64,000 nucleotides of DNA, taken from assembly GCA_044353855.1 (NCBI GenBank), contig JBILBF010000001.1, positions 54,462 to 118,461 on the forward strand, read 5' to 3'. The notes below the pieces were generated by a model. The model was not told the DNA's origin. It saw only the letters and a list, made by a program, of their open reading frames with translations, and searched no databases. Every line of letters starts with the position of its first letter. The first letter of the stretch is position 1. This stretch comes from Bacteroidia bacterium. GTDB taxonomy: Bacteria; Bacteroidota; Bacteroidia; UKL13-3. Below are positions 36,097 through 46,186 of the stretch, piece by piece. A program made the translations under genes and the position numbers.

Positions 36097-37071
36097 ATGA
36101 AAAAACTTATTATAAGAAATTCTATGCGCCTTTGTGTCTTTGCGGTGGTAATGTTGGCATCATGTAACAACGAAACAAAGAAACCGCAAACACCAACCGC
36201 CAAACCACAACCATACTCCCAGGTTTCTCCAAATTTTAATGCGGATAGTGCCTACTATTTTGTAAAAACACAAGTAGACTTTGGCCCACGAGTTACCAAT
36301 AGCGAAGCCCATAAAAAGTGTGGCGATTGGATGGTTAAAGAGTTAAAAAAGTACACTGATAATGTGATGGAACAAAAATCTATCATCACTCATTTTGATG
36401 GCACAAAATTAAATGTGCGCAATATTATTGCCGAAATAAATCCCAAAGCAACAAAACGCATTTTACTATCAGCCCATTGGGATTCACGTGATAGAGCCGA
36501 TAAGGATATAGTGGATAAAACTAGCCCTATTTTAGGGGCAAATGATGGTGCAAGTGGTGTTGGTGTTTTATTAGAAGTTGCGCGTTTGTTACAATCTAAT
36601 CCTATATCAATTGGGATAGATATTATTTTATTTGATGCCGAAGATTTAGGAAACAATGAACCCAATACCTATTGCTTGGGTTCACAATATTGGGCAGCAA
36701 ATTTGCACCACCCAAATTACACAGCCGAGTATGGTATTTTGCTTGATATGGTTGGCGCAACCAATGCTGGATTTGGATGGGAAGCCAACTCCGCACAATT
36801 TGCAAAACCCGTTTTAGAAAAAGTATGGGGAACAGCTCACAACTTAAAATTTGGAAAACATTTTGGGTATATACAATTGGGTGGTATTGATGACGACCAT
36901 GTGTATGTTAACCGAGCTGGAATCCCAACAATTGATATTATTGATTTTAACGCTCAAGGCAATTTTCCCGAACACCACCACACCCACCGAGATAATATGA
37001 ATGTAATTGACCGCAATACGTTAAAAGCTGTAGGACAAACATTGCTTGAGGTTATTTATTTGGAGCAATAA
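36097..37071 (+). CDS. M28-family metallopeptidase-fold lipoprotein, probably a glutaminyl-peptide cyclotransferase (QC)
   Basis: Lipoprotein signal VVMLAS|C. M28 metal-ligand pattern (HWDSRD, DAEDLG, HHHTHRD). Size and architecture are like the QC described for Porphyromonas. Confidence 0.55.
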   Translation: MKKLIIRNSMRLCVFAVVMLASCNNETKKPQTPTAKPQPYSQVSPNFNADSAYYFVKTQVDFGPRVTNSEAHKKCGDWMVKELKKYTDNVMEQKSIITHFDGTKLNVRNIIAEINPKATKRILLSAHWDSRDRADKDIVDKTSPILGANDGASGVGVLLEVARLLQSNPISIGIDIILFDAEDLGNNEPNTYCLGSQYWAANLHHPNYTAEYGILLDMVGATNAGFGWEANSAQFAKPVLEKVWGTAHNLKFGKHFGYIQLGGIDDDHVYVNRAGIPTIDIIDFNAQGNFPEHHHTHRDNMNVIDRNTLKAVGQTLLEVIYLEQ

Positions 37072-37141
37072 TTAGCTATTGAACATAATTTACATGCATC
37101 CTACAAGATTGCAGAATTTCTTTTTATAGCTACTTGTATGC

Positions 37142-39547
37142 TCACAAAAACTTAGGAAACTGACTTGGATTATACTCGTGCATCATGTTCATGATGGTTT
37201 CAAAAATATCTTCGGCACTTGGTTTGGTAAAATAATCGCCATCGGTTCCATAAGGTGGGCGGTGTGCTTTTGCTGTTATGGTAAGAGGTTTTGCATCTAA
37301 GTATTTATACCCTTCTTGATCTTCCAATACATGCTGCATCATATAAGCTGTTGCTGCTCCCGGAACATCTTCATCAATAAAAATAACTTTATTGGTTTTT
37401 TTAATCGACTCCACAATGCTGTGGTTTATATCAAAGGGTAATAAACTTTGTACATCTATTAACTCACAACTTATGCCAAACTCCTGTAATTGTTTTATGG
37501 CTTCTTCGGCAATTCTTAATGTGCTGCCGTAACTTACTATTGTTACATCCTCACCTTCAATAAGGGTTTCGGGTATGCCAAGTGGTGTTGTGTATTCGCC
37601 CAAATTATCAGGTAAACGCTCTTTTAAACGGTACCCATTTAAGCATTCAATAATAAGTGCAGGCTCATCGCTTTGTAACATGGTATTGTAAAAACCTGCG
37701 GCTTGTACCATATTGCGAGGCACCAATACATGCATTCCCCTAATCGAATTTAATATCATACCAATAGGTGAGCCGCTATGCCAAATTCCTTCCAACCTGT
37801 GACCACGTGTACGCACAATTAACGGTGCTTTTTGTCCGCCTTTGGTTCGGTATTGCAAAGTTGCTAAATCATCGCTTAGCGGTTGTAATCCATACAATAA
37901 ATAATCTAAATATTGAATCTCAGCAATTGGGCGTAAACCGCGTAAGGCTGCTCCTATTCCTTGTCCAATAATGGTTAACTCTCGAATGCCTGTATCAAAC
38001 ACACGGCTTTCGCCAAACTTTTCTTGCAGGCCAGCAAATCCTTGGTTTACATCCCCTATTTTCCCTACATCTTCGCCAAAAGCAAATACCCGTGGATCAC
38101 GCTCAATAGCAATATCAAAAAATGCTTGCATCACTTCCCTTCCATCAACCATTTTGCTGCTTTCACTAAATATAGGTTTTACTTCTGAAATATTTACAGC
38201 AGCTTCATTGCTTTCGCTAAACAAATTAGAGTTGTACCTAATGGCATTAACGTTATTGTATTGTTGTTTATAATTAATTAAAGCAGAGCGTTCAGGTAAT
38301 TCTATTTTGTAAGTTAGGCGTAGCGCTTTATTAATAGCAACACCAATATCTTTTCTGATAGGTTCGGCAATTTGTGTTAACTCATTTGCCAAGCCTACAA
38401 TTTCAGTTACACCAGATGCCGTTGCTAATTCTTGCAATAGTTCTGTGGCTTGCTTTATATCTTCTTTTATAGGATTAAGATAAGCTTCCCAAGCAGCTTT
38501 TTTAGAATCGTTAACTTGCTTCTTGGCAGCAGATTCTATTGTTTCGAGTTCTTCATTTGTAGCAATACTGTTATCGGTAATGAATTCACGGAACTTAACC
38601 ATACAGTCATATTCCAATTCCCAAGCTAACCGTTCTTTGCTTTTATATCTTTCATGCGAACCAGAAGTAGAATGGCCTTGCGGCTGAGTTAACTCAGTAA
38701 CGTGCACCAATACGGGAACATGTTCTTCGCGTGCAATTTTTCCTGCTCTTTCATAAGCGCCAACCAACTCAGCATAATTCCAGCCTTTAACCACGATAAT
38801 TTCAAAGCCATCACCTTTATCATCGCGCTGAAAGCCTTTTAATATTTCAGAAATATTTTCTTTGGTGGTTTGGTATTTTGCTGGAACAGAAATTCCAAAT
38901 CCATCATCCCAAACTGATATCACCATGGGAATTTGCAAAACACCCGCAGCATTTATCGCCTCAAAAAAATGTCCTTCGCTACTGCTTGCATTACCAATTG
39001 TGCCCCATGCTACTTCATTTCCATTATCACTAAAGTTGTTTTCACCAATAATGGCAGCATTTTCTCTGTAATATTTACTCGCATGTGCCAATCCAACCAA
39101 ACGTAACATTTGTCCTGCAGTTGGAGATATATCTGATGATGAGTTTTTTTGATCTTTTAACGATTTCCAACTTCCATCACTGTTTAAACTGCGTGTACCA
39201 AAATGTCCGTTCATCATTCTTCCCGCACTTGCTGGTTCTGCCTCTACATCTGTGTGTGCATATAATTGAGCAAAAAACTCTTGAACAGTGTGTTGTCCAA
39301 TAGCCATCATAAAAGTTTGGTCGCGGTAATAGCCACTTCTAAAGTCGCCATTTTTAAACGCTTTAGCCATAGCTATTTGTGGCAATTCCTTACCATCGCC
39401 AAAAATTCCAAACTTTGCTTTGCCAGTAAGTACTTCTTTACGGCCCAATAAACTTGTTTGTCGACTGCGGTATGCAATCGTATAATCCTCTAATACAGTT
39501 TGTTTAAATTCTGCCGCTGTTAGCTTGGCTGGCTGTGTTTTACTCAT
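37142..39547 (-). CDS. Fused alpha/beta E1 component of a TPP-dependent 2-oxoacid dehydrogenase (branched-chain alpha-keto acid dehydrogenase E1-like)
   Basis: N-terminal E1-alpha TPP-binding region and C-terminal E1-beta transketolase-like domains in one roughly 800-aa polypeptide. The ORF track extends to 39586 (MPIIYLK...); the MSKTQ start at 39547 is the alternative. Confidence 0.7.
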   Translation of the reverse strand: MSKTQPAKLTAAEFKQTVLEDYTIAYRSRQTSLLGRKEVLTGKAKFGIFGDGKELPQIAMAKAFKNGDFRSGYYRDQTFMMAIGQHTVQEFFAQLYAHTDVEAEPASAGRMMNGHFGTRSLNSDGSWKSLKDQKNSSSDISPTAGQMLRLVGLAHASKYYRENAAIIGENNFSDNGNEVAWGTIGNASSSEGHFFEAINAAGVLQIPMVISVWDDGFGISVPAKYQTTKENISEILKGFQRDDKGDGFEIIVVKGWNYAELVGAYERAGKIAREEHVPVLVHVTELTQPQGHSTSGSHERYKSKERLAWELEYDCMVKFREFITDNSIATNEELETIESAAKKQVNDSKKAAWEAYLNPIKEDIKQATELLQELATASGVTEIVGLANELTQIAEPIRKDIGVAINKALRLTYKIELPERSALINYKQQYNNVNAIRYNSNLFSESNEAAVNISEVKPIFSESSKMVDGREVMQAFFDIAIERDPRVFAFGEDVGKIGDVNQGFAGLQEKFGESRVFDTGIRELTIIGQGIGAALRGLRPIAEIQYLDYLLYGLQPLSDDLATLQYRTKGGQKAPLIVRTRGHRLEGIWHSGSPIGMILNSIRGMHVLVPRNMVQAAGFYNTMLQSDEPALIIECLNGYRLKERLPDNLGEYTTPLGIPETLIEGEDVTIVSYGSTLRIAEEAIKQLQEFGISCELIDVQSLLPFDINHSIVESIKKTNKVIFIDEDVPGAATAYMMQHVLEDQEGYKYLDAKPLTITAKAHRPPYGTDGDYFTKPSAEDIFETIMNMMHEYNPSQFPKFL

Positions 39548-39742
39548 AAGCGCTAAAGTTGATTGTTTCAAATATATTATTGGCAATGTAAAAACGGTTA
39601 TGCTGATTAAAAATTAAATTAAGAAAATATTATATCACCACACTTTTGTATAATTGTGGTACAAAACTACATTTGAAGAGTTATCAAAAAAAGTTTGGAA
39701 CAGTTTTTGAAATTCATCAATCAAATAACATTAAACAACAAT

Positions 39743-40192
39743 ATGAAAAAAATTATCATTACAGCAATTGCTGCTATTTCAGGAGTATTTGCAACAAATG
39801 CGCAAACAGTGCCAGCAGTAGAAAACAAAAACCAAGCAGAAATTACATTTGAAAAAGAAACGCATGATTTTGCTTTGGTTACTCAAAACAATCCAGCTAC
39901 CTATACATTTACATTTAAAAACACGGGTAAAGAGCCTTTAATTATTACAAATGCAGCCGCATCATGTGGATGTACAACTCCTGAATGGACAAAAGAGCCT
40001 ATTATGCCTGGCAAAAAAGGTTTTGTAAAAGCAACCTATAATGCAGCATCTTTAGGTGTGTTTAATAAAGCAATTAACGTATCGAGTAATGCTAAAAACG
40101 CTCAGGTTACTTTATATATAAAAGGCGATGTGAAAACAGGTGCTGAAATGAACAAAAGTAAAATTGAAGGAAAAGATAAAACTTTAAACTAA
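39743..40192 (+). CDS. DUF1573-family small secreted protein (paralog 1)
   Basis: Signal peptide ...ATNA|Q and the family hallmark SCGCTTPEW...P...G. Confidence 0.75.
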   Translation: MKKIIITAIAAISGVFATNAQTVPAVENKNQAEITFEKETHDFALVTQNNPATYTFTFKNTGKEPLIITNAAASCGCTTPEWTKEPIMPGKKGFVKATYNAASLGVFNKAINVSSNAKNAQVTLYIKGDVKTGAEMNKSKIEGKDKTLN

Positions 40193-40215
40193 GTTATTAA
40201 TCGATAAAAATTCTT

Positions 40216-40258
40216 TAAAACCTGCACCACAAATAGTGATTGCAGGTTTTATTTTTGA
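40216..40258 (+). terminator. Rho-independent terminator after DUF1573 paralog 1
   Basis: AAACCTGCA ..14-nt loop.. TGCAGGTTT TATTTTTG. Confidence 0.7.
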
Positions 40259-40281
40259 ACCTCATATAAAAAACATACATC

Positions 40282-40704
40282 ATGAAAAAACTATTGATAT
40301 TTATGATTGCAACAACTTTAACAAGTATTGCATTTGCACAAACCTCAACAGCTGAAATCTCATTTGCAGCAACCGAACATGATTTTGGTAAAATAAAGGA
40401 AGGTACATTGGCTAATTATGAATTTACTTTTACTAACACTGGCAAAGCGCCATTGGTATTAAGCAGTGTTCAACCATCATGTGGATGTACAACACCAGAA
40501 TGGAGTAAAGAACCTGTTATGCCAGGCGCAAAAGGTTCCATCAAAGCTTCCTTTAATTCAATAGGCAGACCTGGTACTTTTCAAAAGTATATAACGGTAA
40601 AATCTAATGCATCAATTGCTGAAGTAACATTAACAATCAAAGGTATTGTTGAACCTAAACCCGTTGAGCCTGTTTCTCCAGTAAGAAACCCAATGGGCGA
40701 ATAA
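40282..40704 (+). CDS. DUF1573-family small secreted protein (paralog 2)
   Basis: Signal peptide ...AFA|Q and SCGCTTPEW. About 45 percent identical to paralog 1 by eye. Confidence 0.75.
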   Translation: MKKLLIFMIATTLTSIAFAQTSTAEISFAATEHDFGKIKEGTLANYEFTFTNTGKAPLVLSSVQPSCGCTTPEWSKEPVMPGAKGSIKASFNSIGRPGTFQKYITVKSNASIAEVTLTIKGIVEPKPVEPVSPVRNPMGE

Positions 40705-40715
40705 TTTTTACATTG

Positions 40716-40762
40716 CTACAAAACAAAAAGTCCTCTATATGAAGGACTTTTTTGTTTTGTAG
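40716..40762. terminator. Long-arm bidirectional terminator (18/19-bp inverted repeat TACAAAACAAAAAGTCCT / AGGACTTTTTTGTTTTGTA)
   Basis: Near-perfect palindrome after paralog 2, with A- and T-runs on both sides. Confidence 0.75.
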
Positions 40763-40804
40763 GCTTTAATGCTATTTTTGCCAACCTTTTAACAAACAAC
40801 AACT

Positions 40805-41920
40805 ATGATTATTGGTGTACCAAAAGAAATTAAAAACAATGAAAACCGTGTTGGACTAACACCAGCCGGAGTATCTGCATTTGCAAAAGCAGGTCACAAA
40901 GTATTTGTACAAGCAACCGCAGGTTTAGGAAGTGGGTTTAGCGATGACGAATATAAAAAAGCAGGAGCTACCCTTTTAAAAACCATTGCTGAAATATACA
41001 AAAAAGCAGAAATGATTATTAAAGTAAAGGAACCTATTAAAGAAGAATATGCTTTGATTAGAGAAGGACAATTGTTGTTTACGTATTTTCATTTTGCTTC
41101 TTACGAACCTTTAACTAAGGCAATGATAAAAAGTAAAGCTGTTTGTTTAGCTTATGAAACGGTTGAGAAAAAAGACCGCTCTCTTCCATTATTAGTTCCT
41201 ATGAGCGAAGTTGCAGGTCGAATGAGTGTACAAGAAGGTGCTAAATTTTTAGAAAAACCTATGGGTGGACGGGGTATTCTTTTGGGAGGTGTACCAGGAG
41301 TAAAACCAGCTGAAGTATTGGTATTAGGTGGTGGTATTGTTGGAACACAAGCAGCTATTATGGCCGCTGGATTAGGAGCTGATGTTACCATTATGGATAT
41401 TTCTTTACCACGTTTACGTGAATTGGATAATATTCTTCCTAAAAATGTAAAAACTGTATATTCAAATGAATATAATATTCGTGAAATGATTACGCACTCA
41501 GACTTAATAGTTGGTGCAGTATTAATTCCAGGAGCTAAAGCTCCACATTTGATTACGAAAGACATGCTAAAAACAATGCGCCCAGGAACTGTTTTGGTTG
41601 ACGTTGCTGTAGATCAAGGAGGTTGTTTTGAAACAACTAAAGCTACTACACATGAGAATCCAACATATGTAATTGATGGTGTAATACATTATTGTGTAGC
41701 AAATATGCCAGGTGCCGTTCCTTATACCTCAACTCTTGCCCTTACTAATGCAACCTTACCTTATGCATTGCAATTAGCAAATAAAGGGTGGAAAAAAGCG
41801 TGTACTGATAATGAAGAATTACGGTTGGGTTTAAACGTTGTAAACGGAAAAGTTGTATACAAAGGTGTATCAGAAGCTTTCAACTTAAAATACAATGATG
41901 TATTCGAAGTTTTAAAATAA
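40805..41920 (+). CDS. ald: Alanine dehydrogenase
   Basis: MIIGVPKEIK..ENRV start and the NAD-binding GGGIVGTQAA motif. Confidence 0.9.
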   Translation: MIIGVPKEIKNNENRVGLTPAGVSAFAKAGHKVFVQATAGLGSGFSDDEYKKAGATLLKTIAEIYKKAEMIIKVKEPIKEEYALIREGQLLFTYFHFASYEPLTKAMIKSKAVCLAYETVEKKDRSLPLLVPMSEVAGRMSVQEGAKFLEKPMGGRGILLGGVPGVKPAEVLVLGGGIVGTQAAIMAAGLGADVTIMDISLPRLRELDNILPKNVKTVYSNEYNIREMITHSDLIVGAVLIPGAKAPHLITKDMLKTMRPGTVLVDVAVDQGGCFETTKATTHENPTYVIDGVIHYCVANMPGAVPYTSTLALTNATLPYALQLANKGWKKACTDNEELRLGLNVVNGKVVYKGVSEAFNLKYNDVFEVLK

Positions 41921-41944
41921 GACTTACTTATTTCTTAATAATTT

Positions 41945-41978
41945 AAAAACACAGTTCAATTGAGCTGTGTTTTTTTTA
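41945..41978 (+). terminator. Rho-independent terminator after ald
   Basis: AACACAGTTC aatt GAGCTGTGTT TTTTTTT (one G-U pair). Confidence 0.75.
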
Positions 41979-41988
41979 TGTTTATGCC

Positions 41989-43329
41989 ATGAAATTAAAA
42001 TTACTTTTGAGTTTGAGTTTTGTTTATGTAATTAGCAATGCTCAAGATAATAAAGAAAGACTTACTGTGTTTTCAAAAAACATTGCAAAATATGTTATAA
42101 ATGAAAACTATGAAAATATTGTAGCCCTTTTTGACTCAACATTATCCATCAATTTAACAGAAGAAAACCTTGCCAAAATATGTAAAGATGCCAGGGAAAA
42201 GAATGGAAAAATTATTCATGTTGGAGAACCTGTCATTGAATTTTATGAAAATGGAAATGCACAATGTTTCACACCCTTACAATTTGAAAAAAAATTGATG
42301 TTGCTATATTTCCCAATAACCCCAAATGAACAACTACATGGATTTTACCTTACCACACAACAGCCCGAATATATCATACCCGAATACGTTCAAAGTTTAT
42401 CTTTTTTAGAAACGAAAATCCAATTTGGAAAGGAAGGATGGAAACTACCTGGCATATTAAGTTACCCAAACGACACAAATAAACATCCATTGGTTATTAT
42501 CCTTCATGACTCAGGACCGCTTGACAAAGATGGTACAAAAGGTGGAAGTAAAATATACCGTGATATTGCATGGGGATTGGCATCACAAGGTATATGTGCC
42601 TTTAGATATAGTAAACGTAGTAATGTGCATGGTTCAAGATTATTTATGGAAACTTATGAAGGCTTGCCATATACAGCACAAGATGAAATTGTAGATGATG
42701 CACTTGCAGCTATAAAACTAATGAGCATAAACGAACATGTAGATGCAACCCAAATTTACATTATAGCACATGGACAAGGTGGAATGATGGCTCCACTGAT
42801 ACTTAAACAAAATACTATTCCAATAGAAGGCCTTATTTTATTAGGGGCAAATGCAAGACCACTTCAAGATGTAATGATAGCTCAAATGAATTATTTATAT
42901 CCCGATGGAGGAGAGGTAACCATCAATCAATACAAAGAAAAAACAGACATTATTAAACAAGCAACATATGCCAAAGATAAAAAACTAAAACCAGATGCTC
43001 CGAGTGATTCACTTCCATTTGGAGTTAGGGGAGGTTATTGGATTTACCTGAATAAGTATAACATAACCAAAACCTTTGCAAAAACGACTACTCCAACTTT
43101 GATATTACATGGCGAAAGAGATTATCAATCGACAAAGGCAGATTTTGAACTTTGGAAAAAAACTGCAGGCAAACGAAAAGGTAAGACGCATTTTATTTCT
43201 TATCCTACCCTAAATCATTTATTTATTGATGGAATAGGGTCTTCAAAACCAACTGAATACCGAAAATTGGCAAATATTGATAGACAAGTATTGAAAGATA
43301 TTCAACAATGGTTGATGCAACCAAAATGA
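41989..43329 (+). CDS. Secreted alpha/beta-hydrolase-fold protein (S9/dienelactone-hydrolase-like) with an N-terminal accessory domain
   Basis: Signal peptide ...ISNA|Q. Nucleophile-elbow-like HGQGG. The His/Asp catalytic residues were not confidently placed. Confidence 0.5.
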   Translation: MKLKLLLSLSFVYVISNAQDNKERLTVFSKNIAKYVINENYENIVALFDSTLSINLTEENLAKICKDAREKNGKIIHVGEPVIEFYENGNAQCFTPLQFEKKLMLLYFPITPNEQLHGFYLTTQQPEYIIPEYVQSLSFLETKIQFGKEGWKLPGILSYPNDTNKHPLVIILHDSGPLDKDGTKGGSKIYRDIAWGLASQGICAFRYSKRSNVHGSRLFMETYEGLPYTAQDEIVDDALAAIKLMSINEHVDATQIYIIAHGQGGMMAPLILKQNTIPIEGLILLGANARPLQDVMIAQMNYLYPDGGEVTINQYKEKTDIIKQATYAKDKKLKPDAPSDSLPFGVRGGYWIYLNKYNITKTFAKTTTPTLILHGERDYQSTKADFELWKKTAGKRKGKTHFISYPTLNHLFIDGIGSSKPTEYRKLANIDRQVLKDIQQWLMQPK

Positions 43330-43397
43330 TGAAGGTTATCACTCTTTAAAAAACGAATAATAACAATATATTTGTGGCTCTTCTGAGCACAATTCTT

Positions 43398-46118
43398 ATG
43401 GATAAATTTTCGTATATTTCTAATGCCGATGTAAACGTAATTGACGATTTGTATCAGCAATATAAAGCCAACCCTGATGCGGTTGAATTTGGTTGGAAAA
43501 AGTTTTTTGAAGGCTTTGATATGGGCCAACAAAAATTTAATGGCAATACAAAAGGTGTAGCTGTATCCGAAAACTTTATCAAAGAAATTAATGTATTAAA
43601 CCTTATTGAAGGCTATAGAACACGGGGCCATTTATTTACCGAAACAAATCCTGTACGCGAGCGCAGAAAGTATGAGCCAACACTTGCCATTCAAAATTTT
43701 GGCTTAAATGCAAAGGATTTGGAAGCCACTTTTAATGCGGGTGTAGAAATAGGTTTGGGTGTTGCAAAACTCAAAGATATTATTGATATGCTGGAGCAAA
43801 CATATTGCGGGCATATTGGTGCTGAGTACATGTACATGCGCGAACCCAAAGCTATTAAATGGTTGCAACAAAAAATGGAAAGCACCCGTAATATTCCAAA
43901 GCTTTCTATTGAACAAAAACGCCATATTTTAGCTAAAATAAATCAAGCTACTGTTTTCGAAAATTTTATTCATACCAAATTTGTTGGACAAAAACGATTT
44001 TCGCTTGAAGGCTTAGAAAACATGATTCCGGCATTGGATGAAGTAATACAATATGGAGCCGAATTGGGTATTGAAGAGTTTGTACTGGGCATGGCACACA
44101 GAGGCCGATTAAATGTATTGGCTAATATTTTAGGAAAATCATATGCGGATATTTTTAAAGAATTTGAAGGGAAAAGTGCCGAAGATGAAGGTATTTTTGA
44201 AGGTGATGTAAAATATCATTTAGGATTTAGCAGCGAAATAAAAACACGCTCTGGAAAAAATATTCACTTAAGTCTTTCTCCAAATCCATCTCATTTAGAA
44301 ACGGTAAACCCAGTTGTTAAAGGATTAACACGCGCAAAATTAGATAAAAAACACCAAGGCGATATAGATAAAGTAGCTCCTATTTTAATTCATGGAGATG
44401 CTTCAATTGCTGGGCAAGGTATATTGTATGAACTATTGCAAATGGCTGGTTTAAAAGCATACAATGTAGGTGGCTGTATTCATATAGTAGCCAATAATCA
44501 AATTGGATTTACCACAAATTATACCGATGCCCGAACTTCAACCTATTGTACCGATGTGGCTAAAACTACACTTTGTCCTGTGTTTCATGTAAACGCGGAT
44601 GATGTAGAAGCAGTAATTTTTACCATACGACTGGCAATGGAATACCGCCAAGAATTTAACAGCGATGTGTTTATTGATATGTTGGGCTACCGCAAGTATG
44701 GCCATAATGAAGGAGATGAACCTCGATTTACGCAACCCTTATTATATAAAGCTATAGGTGCACACCAAAACCCACGCGAAATTTACAACCAAAAACTAAC
44801 CACAGCAGGAAGTGTAGAAGCAGATTTGGCAAAGGAAATGGACAAAGATTTTAGAAGCCAGTTACAAGAAAAACTTGAACAAGCTAAAAGTGCCGAAACC
44901 AAAAAAGGACAAAACTTTTTGGCTGCAAGATGGGAAGGATTTAGAGCAAGCAAACGCGAAGATTTTGAATCATCTCCAGTTACTGCCGTTAATAAAGAAT
45001 TGTTTTTAAAACTTGCCGAGAAAATAACCAATATCCCTGAGGGCTTTAGAGCCTTTAGTAAAATCGAAAAATTGTTTACTGATCGTAAAAATATGATTCA
45101 GAACAATAACTACGATTGGGCTATGGGCGAACTAATGGCATACGCAACAATTAGCAACGAAGGTAATAATGTGCGCATGAGCGGACAAGATTGTGAGCGT
45201 GGTACATTTTCGCATAGGCATGCCATTATCAAACAAGAAGACAGCGAAAAAGAACACAATATTTTTGATAGTTTAGGTGAAGATAAAAAAGGAGAAGTAT
45301 CCTTTTACAACTCTTTGCTCAGCGAATATGCAGTGCTTGGTTTTGAATATGGATACAGCATGTTTTCGCCAAAAGACTTAACCATTTGGGAAGCACAGTT
45401 TGGCGATTTTGCCAATGGTGCACAAATCATCATTGACCAATATTTGGCCAGTGCATCTACCAAATGGAAAACCTTTAGTGGCTTGGTATTAATGTTGCCA
45501 CATGGCCATGAAGGACAAGGACCTGAACATTCATCGGCACGTTTAGAGCGTTTTTTACAACTAAGTGCCAATTGGAATATGCAGGTGGTAAACATTACTT
45601 CACCTGCAAACTATTTTCATGCTTTACGCAGACAATTGCAACGTGATTACCGATTACCTTTGGTAGTAATGACACCCAAAAGTTTATTGCGCCACCCATT
45701 ATGTATTAGCAAACTGGAGGATTTTACTAATGGCGGTTTTCAAGAAGTAATTGATGATACTTACAGCGATACTAAAAAAGTAAAAAGGGTATTGTTGTGC
45801 TCGGGCAAAATATATTACGAACTATTGGAACGCCAACAAAGTACTAACCGAAAAGATATTGCTATTGTTCGGGTAGAGCAATTATACCCAATGCCCGAAA
45901 CACAATTAGCAGCTATATATAAAAAATATGCAGATGCCGAAATTTGTTGGGTACAAGAAGAGCCTAAAAACATGGGAACTTGGTTGTACTTATTACGCTG
46001 GGATAATAACCGTATTTTAAAACGCATTTCGCGCGAGAGCAGTTCAACACCCGCAACTGGTTACAGCAAAGTGCATGCAACCGAACAACTGGCTTTAATT
46101 GACGAAGCGTTTGCGTAA
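43398..46118 (+). CDS. sucA: 2-oxoglutarate dehydrogenase E1 component
   Basis: MDKFSYISNA start (the ORF track gives 43374). TPP-binding and transketolase-like domains, about 900 aa. No sucB follows it. Confidence 0.9.
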   Translation: MDKFSYISNADVNVIDDLYQQYKANPDAVEFGWKKFFEGFDMGQQKFNGNTKGVAVSENFIKEINVLNLIEGYRTRGHLFTETNPVRERRKYEPTLAIQNFGLNAKDLEATFNAGVEIGLGVAKLKDIIDMLEQTYCGHIGAEYMYMREPKAIKWLQQKMESTRNIPKLSIEQKRHILAKINQATVFENFIHTKFVGQKRFSLEGLENMIPALDEVIQYGAELGIEEFVLGMAHRGRLNVLANILGKSYADIFKEFEGKSAEDEGIFEGDVKYHLGFSSEIKTRSGKNIHLSLSPNPSHLETVNPVVKGLTRAKLDKKHQGDIDKVAPILIHGDASIAGQGILYELLQMAGLKAYNVGGCIHIVANNQIGFTTNYTDARTSTYCTDVAKTTLCPVFHVNADDVEAVIFTIRLAMEYRQEFNSDVFIDMLGYRKYGHNEGDEPRFTQPLLYKAIGAHQNPREIYNQKLTTAGSVEADLAKEMDKDFRSQLQEKLEQAKSAETKKGQNFLAARWEGFRASKREDFESSPVTAVNKELFLKLAEKITNIPEGFRAFSKIEKLFTDRKNMIQNNNYDWAMGELMAYATISNEGNNVRMSGQDCERGTFSHRHAIIKQEDSEKEHNIFDSLGEDKKGEVSFYNSLLSEYAVLGFEYGYSMFSPKDLTIWEAQFGDFANGAQIIIDQYLASASTKWKTFSGLVLMLPHGHEGQGPEHSSARLERFLQLSANWNMQVVNITSPANYFHALRRQLQRDYRLPLVVMTPKSLLRHPLCISKLEDFTNGGFQEVIDDTYSDTKKVKRVLLCSGKIYYELLERQQSTNRKDIAIVRVEQLYPMPETQLAAIYKKYADAEICWVQEEPKNMGTWLYLLRWDNNRILKRISRESSSTPATGYSKVHATEQLALIDEAFA

Positions 46119-46140
46119 TTAATAATTGATTTGTTCAAAC

Positions 46141-46176
46141 AAAAATGCCCGCTCGGTTGGAGTGGGCATTTTTGTT
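46141..46176. terminator. Bidirectional rho-independent terminator between sucA and the convergent lipoprotein gene
   Basis: AAAAATGCCCGCTC ggttg GAGTGGGCATTTTT: a 12-bp stem with one G-U pair. Confidence 0.75.
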
Positions 46177-46186
46177 TTCAACGTAT

